From the IMG/VR virus record IMGVR_UViG_3300017448_000026, positions 1 through 45,371 of that record: 45,371 nucleotides of DNA, one strand, 5' to 3'. Made by a program: the position numbers and the translations under genes. Under the pieces are notes generated by a model. The model was not told the origin of the DNA. It made no database searches and worked only from the letters and a program-made list of their open reading frames with translations. Below, in pieces: positions 1 to 7,747 of the stretch (positions are counted from its first letter, which is position 1; every line of letters begins with the position of its first letter). The DNA is from a virus. Its lineage: Duplodnaviria; Caudoviricetes.

Positions 1-256
1 TCAATACCTTAATACCTTTTCCTCAGAATATATTAATACCTGAAAGTATTAAACAACCCCCCATAGCCCGCGTTTTTAGGAGTCCCAGATTTAAAAATCC
101 CGGCGCCCATGCACCTCTCTGTTTAAAGTAAATTTCTCTGTTTAATTTATTCTTCTTTATTTAAATCGAAAACGGGTCCCATCTAATTTTATAAAAGCAT
201 TCTTATTTTAAAAGAATTATTAAAAGCATTAGTCTACTGAACTAGGTGACTACTCC

Positions 257-281
257 TAACTTGTTGATAACAAAGCAAATA
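257..281. promoter_or_regulatory. IHF-consensus site (extended ~25-bp motif) upstream of terS
   Basis: TAACTTGTTGATA (257-269) exactly matches the reverse complement of WATCAANNNNTTR; the extended motif recurs at 44900-45224. Confidence 0.6.
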
Positions 282-287
282 TAGTGC

Positions 288-317
288 TTGCACTCGCGAC
301 ACGCCTCATAGTATGAT
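288..317 (+). promoter_or_regulatory. Sigma70-like promoter for the packaging/structural operon
   Basis: TTGCAC (288-293), 18-nt spacer, TATGAT (312-317), ~20 nt before ATG 337. Confidence 0.5.
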
Positions 318-336
318 GGTCTTGTGTAGGTGTATC

Positions 337-852
337 ATGCGAATTTCTCAGGAGGAATTAAATCGGCGTTTGGGAAGTAAAGAAAATCTTATCAACGTCA
401 TTCCGGCCCGTGGTAATGATTGCAATAACAAAAATGACGCCGGTAGGAAAGCAGATATCCCAAACGCTCCAAAATCACTTAGAATCGTCGCTGGGGTATT
501 ATCGAAAGCTGAAGGAAACAGTGCGGCTGTCGGAAGAAACCTCGGAATATCAGCTCCTCAAGCCCGTTATGCTGCGGGAAAACGTGACGTTGAACTCACC
601 GAAAAACGTGTCCAAGAAGTTGCATTAAATCGCTTGATGGATGCTTTAGGTTTGTTAGATGTCGATGCAATTTCAACTGAAAAACCTAAAGAGATAAGCT
701 CAATTGCTGCGAATCTAAGTCGCGTACATGCGAACCTTCGTCCTAGAGAAATCAACGACGGAAATCAAGTACAAATTAACATTTATTCCCCAAAGCAAAA
801 AACCTTGGAGGATTATCAAGTAATTGAAGTGGAAAAACTTACTGGAACGTAG
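337..852 (+). CDS. Putative terminase small subunit
   Basis: Upstream of TerL; HTH-like segment (NSAAVGRNLGISAPQARYAA), helical core, C-terminal beta strand (QVQINIYSP); start 337 preferred (AGGTG RBS, downstream of promoter). Confidence 0.6.
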   Translation: MRISQEELNRRLGSKENLINVIPARGNDCNNKNDAGRKADIPNAPKSLRIVAGVLSKAEGNSAAVGRNLGISAPQARYAAGKRDVELTEKRVQEVALNRLMDALGLLDVDAISTEKPKEISSIAANLSRVHANLRPREINDGNQVQINIYSPKQKTLEDYQVIEVEKLTGT

Positions 853-855
853 TTT

Positions 856-993
856 ATGATGTTCTGCGAAAAATGCGTATTTGAAACTGGAGAGCATCAG
901 TGCATGATAGGATTATGGGAAGAAGAATTATTTAAGTCTTTCAATGATTATTTTTACAATGATCCTATCTTCAATATGTTGGGAAAGACATGA
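856..993 (+). CDS. Small hypothetical protein (45 aa, CxxC..H.C)
   Basis: Manual translation MMFCEKCVFETGEHQCMIGLWEEELF...; fills the gap after terS. Confidence 0.4.
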   Translation: MMFCEKCVFETGEHQCMIGLWEEELFKSFNDYFYNDPIFNMLGKT

Positions 994-1005
994 GAGGAAT
1001 AAAAG

Positions 1006-1176
1006 ATGATTACATTGTCATGGTGGGAAGAGTTTATCGTCGGTGCAGCAGTTTCATTCCTCACTGTACTCGTTTCTAAGATTACAAATCCCGTAGAACT
1101 AGCAGCCGCACAAGCTGCTTTGGATTTCTTGAATAGATTACTTGCCGGTCAAGTAGTTTATCAGGTAAAACAATGA
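1006..1176 (+). CDS. Small membrane protein (56 aa)
   Basis: GAGAGG RBS; MITLSWWEEFIVGAAVSFLTVLVSK...; one hydrophobic segment; stop overlaps next ATG (ATGA). Confidence 0.6.
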   Translation: MITLSWWEEFIVGAAVSFLTVLVSKITNPVELAAAQAALDFLNRLLAGQVVYQVKQ

Positions 1177-1373
1177 GTTGGGTAAGCAAAATAGCACCAA
1201 GCAAAATAGCACCAAGCAAAATAGCACCAAAAAATGCTCCACTAAAAGGAATTAGCAGAAAAGAAACAAAAGATTCTTCATCGTCGAGAGACAAAGAAGA
1301 AAATGCCAGTAACCACTTGGCAACCTCATCAACGGCAGGAGCAATTCCTGCAACTTCCAGACGAAGTTTTTGA
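1173..1373 (+). CDS. Hypothetical protein with SKIAP repeats
   Basis: ATGA-coupled to the upstream ORF; overlaps the 5' end of terL. Confidence 0.4.
   Translation: MSWVSKIAPSKIAPSKIAPKNAPLKGISRKETKDSSSSRDKEENASNHLATSSTAGAIPATSRRSF
1184..1228 (+). repeat. Perfect 15-bp tandem repeat x3 (AAGCAAAATAGCACC)
   Basis: Three identical units at 1184, 1199 and 1214. Confidence 0.95.
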
Positions 1374-2961
1374 AGCTTTGTTTGGGGGGCAAGCTGGCGG
1401 GGGTAAGTCAGAAGTTCTCCTGAATTTACCCCTTGCTAGAGAATTCTACAAACATCCTCGTTTTAAAGCACTAATTCTCCGCAGAACTTCTCCTGAACTT
1501 GAACGCGAGATCGTTTCTCGTTCTGAAGTTGATGGTTTATACAAAGCGTGCGGCGGCCAATATAATGGCCAGCATAAACGATGGAAATTCCCCTCCGGCG
1601 CAGTAATTCAATTTGGACATTGCGAACACGAGACAGATGTAAAAATATACGATACTGCGCAATACAATTATATTGCTTTTGACGAAGTAACGTCGTTCAC
1701 GCCATACCAATATGAATATCTCACTTATTCACGATGTCGTTCTGCGAATGATAATTTACCCGCTTTTGTACGCTCTGGTACTAATCCTGGTGGGGTGTCA
1801 CATAATTATTTCCGTTCGCGTTTTATTGGCCGAGATCAAGCAGATGCGAAAAATCGTGAAGGGAAGATTATCTTAGAAACTCGAACGAGAGACGGAATTG
1901 AAACTAAAATAAAAATTGCTTTTATCAAATCAACTGTAGACGATAATCCTTACATCATGAAAGCAGATCCTACTTATAAAAGTAGGATGCAACTTCTTCC
2001 TGAAGCTGAAAGAATTGCGAAAGCATTAGGAGATTGGTGGATTTATTCTGGTCAAGTGTTTGAAGACTTTCGGACAGAAAAGCTCCTGTCCGAACCAAAC
2101 AACGCACTTCATGTAATTCCTCCATTTAACATTCCTTATTTTTGGCCACGGCTATTATCCATAGACTGGGGCTACTCAGCAATGACTCATGCGTTATGGT
2201 GGGCAATAAATCCCCTTCCGTCAAATGAATTTCCAGCTAAAATTTATGCCTACAGGGAATATGCAGCTAAGAAAGAAAAAGTCTCCACTTGGGCTGGTAA
2301 TTTACGTTTGCTCTCTCATGGTGAGGAAATAAAAGACATCGTATTAGATCCAAGTGCATTTGGAAACAGAGGAGATGAAAGAACAATTGACCAGCAGTTC
2401 GAGATATCATTTGGTAAATCAGCCAGGCGCGCGGATAACGATAGAATTGGAGGGAAACTTTTAGTTCAAGAATATTTACGTTGGAAGAAAAACGAACGAT
2501 TTATTCCACAAGGAAATTTTGATTATGAAGTCGCGTTAAGATTGAGACGTTTAGGCGGCGAGGATGCTGTAAAAAACTACGAGCGCTCGTTTTTAGTTCC
2601 AGAAGATGAAGGATTCTTACCAAAGTTGCAAATCTTCAATATCTGCAAAGAATTGATTAACTGCATTCCACTTTGCATTTATGATACAAAGAACGTAGAA
2701 GATGTAGCTGAATTCTCTGGCGACGATCCTTATGATAACTTACGTTATGGATTGAAAGCATGTCAAAATTATCTAGATGGTGGAGTAAGTGAAGCACGCT
2801 TGGAAGCTGAACGTGCTAAAATTCTTGGCTCGTTAAATGAAACAGGAAATCAAACAGCTTTCTACATGAATATGGAAAAATTTGAGAGCCGCGCAGTAAA
2901 GTTAAATAGACCTATTCCAAGAACTAGAGCAGGAAGGATGAAGAGGAGGGTCGGAAGATGA
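1303..2961 (+). CDS. terL: Terminase large subunit
   Basis: Walker A GGQAGGGKS, Walker B YIAFDE, coupling motif GTNPGG, RNase H-like nuclease acidic motifs (SIDWGY, VLDPS, DDPYDNLRY). Confidence 0.95.
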   Translation: MPVTTWQPHQRQEQFLQLPDEVFEALFGGQAGGGKSEVLLNLPLAREFYKHPRFKALILRRTSPELEREIVSRSEVDGLYKACGGQYNGQHKRWKFPSGAVIQFGHCEHETDVKIYDTAQYNYIAFDEVTSFTPYQYEYLTYSRCRSANDNLPAFVRSGTNPGGVSHNYFRSRFIGRDQADAKNREGKIILETRTRDGIETKIKIAFIKSTVDDNPYIMKADPTYKSRMQLLPEAERIAKALGDWWIYSGQVFEDFRTEKLLSEPNNALHVIPPFNIPYFWPRLLSIDWGYSAMTHALWWAINPLPSNEFPAKIYAYREYAAKKEKVSTWAGNLRLLSHGEEIKDIVLDPSAFGNRGDERTIDQQFEISFGKSARRADNDRIGGKLLVQEYLRWKKNERFIPQGNFDYEVALRLRRLGGEDAVKNYERSFLVPEDEGFLPKLQIFNICKELINCIPLCIYDTKNVEDVAEFSGDDPYDNLRYGLKACQNYLDGGVSEARLEAERAKILGSLNETGNQTAFYMNMEKFESRAVKLNRPIPRTRAGRMKRRVGR

Positions 2962-3359
2962 TAGAAATTGATAAAGATACAGCAAATAAACTTCTTGAGG
3001 AGAAGTATGGTAAAAAACCTGCTGAACCTAAAGTTGTTAACAGCAAAAAATTAGAATCAATGAGAGCCCCAGATGAAGTTAGCTGGGAGTTAATCGCAGC
3101 CGAACGTGCTGAGTTAATAATTCAATTTCGTGATGAAGCTCATGCGTGGTGGGAAAGCTACACGAAAGAACGTGAACGTGCTGATAAATTTGAAAACCTT
3201 TACTTAGGTTTAGTAGCTGAGGAAACTAAGCCGCAAGAAACCAAAATTAACGTAAGTAGTACCGAACAAATAAACACTAGACGCGCGCGTTGGCCACAAT
3301 TTAAAGCTGCTGCGGAAAAGCTGTCTCGGCTAGGTCCTGCGGAAAGAACGGAAGCATGA
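2958..3359 (+). CDS. Hypothetical coiled-coil protein
   Basis: 133-aa charged helical ORF coupled to the terL stop. Confidence 0.7.
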   Translation: MIEIDKDTANKLLEEKYGKKPAEPKVVNSKKLESMRAPDEVSWELIAAERAELIIQFRDEAHAWWESYTKERERADKFENLYLGLVAEETKPQETKINVSSTEQINTRRARWPQFKAAAEKLSRLGPAERTEA

Positions 3360-3366
3360 TCTTATT

Positions 3367-3870
3367 GTGATTGAACATCAGCTAAAAATAATTAACGAAA
3401 AGCTTGATAGAATTCTTGCAATTTTACAAACTCCAAAAGGGTTTGTAGTAAACGTAAAAGGAGAAAGTAATATGCCCGGAATCCATGCAGCAACGAACGT
3501 TGATTTTCAGATTTTGGAAAACGGAACAGCAGTATTTACAGCAACACCTGTAGATGCAAACGGCAATACAGTAACATTACCGCCTGGCACACCGAGTTTG
3601 ACATTTACAGATGCGGCTGGAGTTTTCAAGTTTTCCGTAGATCCAGCAGACACAGGATTTGGATTGATTCAAGACGGCGTAGGAACTGCAATTACTACAG
3701 GAGATCAAGTTTCCTGTAGTACAACATTGCCAGGTGCGGCCGCGCCAATTGTAGGAAATGTTAGTCAGCTTCTTGACGTAGTTGCAGGAGGCCCTGTAGG
3801 ATTTACAGTAGCAGTTTCTGCTCCTGGAACTCCTGCATCAAAGCCTGTTGTTAAGATGTCACAGGGGTGA
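3367..3870 (+). CDS. Beta-rich (Ig-like) putative virion protein; second in-frame start at 3472
   Basis: FTATPVDANGN Ig-like strand pattern; strong AAAGGAG RBS before ATG 3472. Confidence 0.6.
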   Translation: MIEHQLKIINEKLDRILAILQTPKGFVVNVKGESNMPGIHAATNVDFQILENGTAVFTATPVDANGNTVTLPPGTPSLTFTDAAGVFKFSVDPADTGFGLIQDGVGTAITTGDQVSCSTTLPGAAAPIVGNVSQLLDVVAGGPVGFTVAVSAPGTPASKPVVKMSQG

Positions 3871-3874
3871 AGTT

Positions 3875-3897
3875 GGGGAGAGAAATCTCCCCTTCTT
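3875..3897 (+). terminator. Hairpin, probable intrinsic terminator
   Basis: GGGGAGA-GAAA-TCTCCCC followed by TTCTT, just after stop 3870. Confidence 0.6.
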
Positions 3898-3904
3898 AAA
3901 AATT

Positions 3905-4272
3905 ATGACACAAATACTTCAACCTCCGACAGACATTGATCCAAGAGCCCTTTTAGGAAATCCTACAAGAGCTTTTTTAGATGGTCCTCCTGCGTGGCAA
4001 GTAGGAACCCCGGCACCAGGATTGACGATTCTCCATTACCTCCACAGCAACTTGCTATATTTCTTGGATTTTTTCTAACTTTGTATCAGCAGCTTGTGAA
4101 TGTTCAGTACGCAATGGATTATCAGTTAAGTCAGACGGTTAAGATTTACGCTGGAATTTATGGAACTAGATGGCCGACGTATTTACCTAGCGTACTTCAA
4201 AATGTTGCAAATGATGCGGGAATGTCGTTTAATTACGATGGAACTATTTATAATCCTGTAGTTAAAAAGTAG
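3905..4272 (+). CDS. Hypothetical protein apparently split by a -1 frame change (3905..4078 and 3994..4272)
   Basis: AT-ending codon bias moves from the first to the second frame around 4005-4030; the second frame lacks a good start. Confidence 0.45.
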
Positions 4273-4279
4273 GAAAATT

Positions 4280-4450
4280 ATGAATAAATCACTAGCTCAA
4301 ATTGCTTATGAGGCTTATTTTAGTACTTTAGACAATATGGGTCCAGCAGGTTATAAGGCTGTTCCTTACGATTCCCAAGAAGAATCAACAAAACAAATTT
4401 GGAGAGCTGTTGCGGCTGCTGTAGAACGTGAGGTATTATGCCATACTTAA
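4280..4450 (+). CDS. Small hypothetical protein (56 aa)
   Basis: AGGA RBS; MNKSLAQIAYEAY...KQIWRAVAAAV; manual translation. Confidence 0.7.
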   Translation: MNKSLAQIAYEAYFSTLDNMGPAGYKAVPYDSQEESTKQIWRAVAAAVEREVLCHT

Positions 4451-4716
4451 TAATGGGTAGTACAAGAGGGGATGATATAATATCATCTAAAACTATACCA
4501 ATATCTGTGAATGTAGTTAATCCAAAAGATGAAAAAAATTTGAATTTGGCTATCTTTGAAACTAAAGAAGATGCTGAAAAGGTTTTACAAGAAATAGTTA
4601 TAAAGGGTAAGAAATGGTTAGAAGATAACCCAAATGCAGTGCCTTGGTTTGCTCAAGCAAGCCTTTGGAATTATGATACCTTTAAGATAGTAGAGGCAAA
4701 TATAGTATGCCAGTGA
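4438..4716 (+). CDS. Hypothetical protein
   Basis: GAGGT RBS, tightly packed ORF. Confidence 0.65.
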   Translation: MPYLIMGSTRGDDIISSKTIPISVNVVNPKDEKNLNLAIFETKEDAEKVLQEIVIKGKKWLEDNPNAVPWFAQASLWNYDTFKIVEANIVCQ

Positions 4717-4901
4717 AAAGTGACAAACAATTTCGTTTAATGGAAGCGGCCGCGCACGGAAATTTACGTTCCGTCGGTGGGCCATCTCCAAATGTTGCAA
4801 AGGAATTTCTAGGTAAAACTCCTGAGAGTAAGAAAAAGAAGTTTGCTAGTGCTGTGCATAAGAAAAAGAGAATGCAGTCCCTGCACAAAGAAATGAAGTA
4901 G
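4707..4901 (+). CDS. Small basic protein preceding portal
   Basis: MPVKSDKQFRLMEAAAHG...VAKEF; Lys-rich C-terminus; abuts portal ATG. Confidence 0.7.
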   Translation: MPVKSDKQFRLMEAAAHGNLRSVGGPSPNVAKEFLGKTPESKKKKFASAVHKKKRMQSLHKEMK

Positions 4902-7304
4902 ATGACTAAGAAGAAAAAAGACGAAGAACTAGACGAGGAACTTCAAGGCGCTTTACGTGACATTGTAAAAGAAGCAGAGGAAGAAGACTACTTTATTAGA
5001 AAAGCACAAATTAAGACTTGGAAAAAGAACGAAGAGTTTTGGCACGGAGTTCAGTATTTATTCTGGAATGAAAAGAATCAAACTTGGATTAGCCCTACAA
5101 GTGGTGCGGCGCCGAACTCAGGATTTAGCGAAGAAGAAATGGAAGAATTAGGACCATTTTATGATTTCGTTATCGACATATACACAGCTCATGGAGAATC
5201 AATCATTTCTGCTCTTTCTTCTCAGCTTCCTGCCGTTAGATTCTTACCAGACGACGCAATGGCCGACGAAGACGTTGATACCGCTAAAACCTATGACAAA
5301 ATATCCGATCTTGTCGCCCGTCATAACAACGCAAAATTAAAATTTATTCAAGCTCTCTTTTACTTATGGACAGGCGGTTTAGTCGCTGCTTATCGTTACA
5401 CTGATACTGATAAGAAGTACGGTGTGTATCGAGTACCGCACTTTGAAGAAAAGGAAGTTAAATCGTTAATTTGTCCTGAATGTAATTATCCTTTGGGAGA
5501 AGTAAGTGAAGAAACAAAATTACCGGAAGAAATACAAGATCCGCAAAGTGACGAAAACTTCGTAGAAAGTAAGGAAAGTAATGACCAACATTCTATTAAA
5601 GAAGGGCTTGAAGGAGGAAAGAAAAACAGCGAGGAAGAAAGCGGCGCTGTGCAGAATCAAACTTGCCCACAATGTGGAAACGTTATCGAACCTCAAGAAA
5701 TAGTACAAAAAGTACCGCTGCACGTTTACGACGAAGAAAAACCAAAATCTCGAGTATTATATGAAGTTTACGGTCCTTTATTCATCAAAATCCCCATCTA
5801 TGCATTTAATCAGGACGGATGTGGTTATTTGGGATTTTACTTGGACAAACCCAAAGATGAACTTATTGCTGCCTTTTGCTACGATGATAAGGGTAAATTA
5901 GATGAAGAAAAAGCAAAGAAAATTGAATCTGAATATATGATAAATGATGATCGTTGGGCAAGAAATGAATATCAATACCCAACTGGTCCTGAGCAAGAAA
6001 ATAAGTCAATGACTACGCTAATTCAGTATTGGATCCGTCCGAGTAAATTTAATGCGTGTAAGAGTCTTGAAAAACGGGAAAAACTTCTCAAAGAGTTTCC
6101 AACGGGATGCAAAGTAGTCTTTGTTGGAAAAACGAAAGTATTTATCAGCGCTAAAGAAGAAGATCTTGATAGACGTTGGTCATTAGGAAAAGGGAAATTA
6201 AGTACTTACATTCATGCAGATCCAATTGGGAGAGCTTTAATCCCGATTCAGGAAATGCGTAATCAACTTGATAATTTAATAATGGATACTATTGAACACG
6301 GTATGCCATCCACTTTTGCAGATAGCGAGGTAATTGATTTTGATGCTTATGGAAAATTTGAAGCAATGCCAGGATATATCTTTAAAGCTAAGGCTCGTCC
6401 TGGTCAAACTTTGGCTCAAGCTTTTTATACTGAACAGAAAGCACAAGTCCCACGTGAAGTGGGGACTTACCGTTCTGCATTGGATAAAGATGCACAGTTT
6501 ACCGTTGGTAGCTTCCCAAGTTTATACGGTGGACCTTCTGAGGGAAAATCTAGAACATTGGGAGAATATAACCAATCCCGCCAACAAGCACTCCAACGTT
6601 TAACTCTGGTTTGGGTCCACATTGCAGATTTTTACAGACGTAATCAAGAAGCACTCGTAAGAATGTTCGCAGAAATTATGATTGAGGACGAACATTTTAC
6701 GACGTTAAATAAGGGCAGTTATATCACAACTTGGATTAAGAAATCTCAAATGAATGGTAAAATTGGCGGTGTTGAATCTGAAGCAAGTGATGCTTTCCCA
6801 ATTAGTTTACAGCAAAAACAAGCATTTTTAACTCATTTCATTGAGATGAACAATCCAATTATAAATCAAATGTTGTTCTCACCTGAAAATAGAACTATAA
6901 TGCACGACGTATTTCTTTTAGATGAACTTAAACTTCAAGGTGCAAATCAAGGATATAAGCAGCAATGTGAAATAAATCAAATGATGAAAAATCAAGGGCC
7001 TATTTCTCCAGCAGAAGTAGATCCAATGACAGGAAAACTAAAGCCTGCGCAATCTTCCGTACCAATAGATCCGCTTTTAGACGACGATGCAATACACATT
7101 GCGGCTCTCAAAGATTTTATGGTAGACGACGTTGGCTTGCAACTACAAAAACAAGAGCCTCTAATTTACGCTGACTTTACCGCACATCTTGAAATGCACC
7201 AACGTAATTTACAATTAAAAGTTGCAATGCCTTTTGAAAAATCCGGTGTTGGACAACAACCTGATACTAGTGAAACAAGTGAAGCTGGAGGGGATCAAAA
7301 ATAA
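4902..7304 (+). CDS. Portal protein (large podoviral type) with Zn-ribbon/acidic insertion
   Basis: 800 aa, between TerL and scaffold/MCP, long helical segments, ALIPIQEMRNQLDNLI and RTLGEYNQSRQQALQRL portal-like helices; CPEC...CPQC insert. Confidence 0.82.
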   Translation: MTKKKKDEELDEELQGALRDIVKEAEEEDYFIRKAQIKTWKKNEEFWHGVQYLFWNEKNQTWISPTSGAAPNSGFSEEEMEELGPFYDFVIDIYTAHGESIISALSSQLPAVRFLPDDAMADEDVDTAKTYDKISDLVARHNNAKLKFIQALFYLWTGGLVAAYRYTDTDKKYGVYRVPHFEEKEVKSLICPECNYPLGEVSEETKLPEEIQDPQSDENFVESKESNDQHSIKEGLEGGKKNSEEESGAVQNQTCPQCGNVIEPQEIVQKVPLHVYDEEKPKSRVLYEVYGPLFIKIPIYAFNQDGCGYLGFYLDKPKDELIAAFCYDDKGKLDEEKAKKIESEYMINDDRWARNEYQYPTGPEQENKSMTTLIQYWIRPSKFNACKSLEKREKLLKEFPTGCKVVFVGKTKVFISAKEEDLDRRWSLGKGKLSTYIHADPIGRALIPIQEMRNQLDNLIMDTIEHGMPSTFADSEVIDFDAYGKFEAMPGYIFKAKARPGQTLAQAFYTEQKAQVPREVGTYRSALDKDAQFTVGSFPSLYGGPSEGKSRTLGEYNQSRQQALQRLTLVWVHIADFYRRNQEALVRMFAEIMIEDEHFTTLNKGSYITTWIKKSQMNGKIGGVESEASDAFPISLQQKQAFLTHFIEMNNPIINQMLFSPENRTIMHDVFLLDELKLQGANQGYKQQCEINQMMKNQGPISPAEVDPMTGKLKPAQSSVPIDPLLDDDAIHIAALKDFMVDDVGLQLQKQEPLIYADFTAHLEMHQRNLQLKVAMPFEKSGVGQQPDTSETSEAGGDQK

Positions 7305-7397
7305 ATGCTTAGTTCACTTCCAGTTTTAGGAATGGTATTTGCTATCTTAGCTATGGTATTTATGATATTTATGATAGTAAGGAAGAAAAGGAAATGA
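7305..7397 (+). CDS. 30-aa single-TM peptide with basic tail
   Basis: MLSSLPVLGMVFAILAMVFMIFMIVRKKRK; begins immediately after the portal TAA and overlaps the next ATG. Confidence 0.55.
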   Translation: MLSSLPVLGMVFAILAMVFMIFMIVRKKRK

Positions 7398-7747
7398 CGC
7401 AAGCCGCACAATTAACATTAGCTGATACAGCCGTGCATAATCTTTATGCATTGATTCTTGCGGACGACGGCGTTACACAATTACCTCAAAGAACCGATTT
7501 AGGTGCTATAATTTTCCTAGATCCTAGTGCGTCCGTTACGTTTACTTTACCATTGTCTCAAGCAGGAAATTCGGGAAATAGTCTCTCGTTACAGGATCAG
7601 GAAGGAAATGAACTAACAAGTTTACTTCCTGGAATCCCTTTTACATTAGGACTAAGCACAGGGCCTAATGAAATTGCATTGCAGGCAATTAAAGTTAAAG
7701 CTAGTGCGTCAGGAGTTGTTTTAGATGTTGCGTCTACTGTTAATTAG
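7394..7747 (+). CDS. Hypothetical beta-rich virion-associated protein
   Basis: AAGGA RBS, 117 aa, small-residue/beta composition. Confidence 0.65.
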   Translation: MTQAAQLTLADTAVHNLYALILADDGVTQLPQRTDLGAIIFLDPSASVTFTLPLSQAGNSGNSLSLQDQEGNELTSLLPGIPFTLGLSTGPNEIALQAIKVKASASGVVLDVASTVN

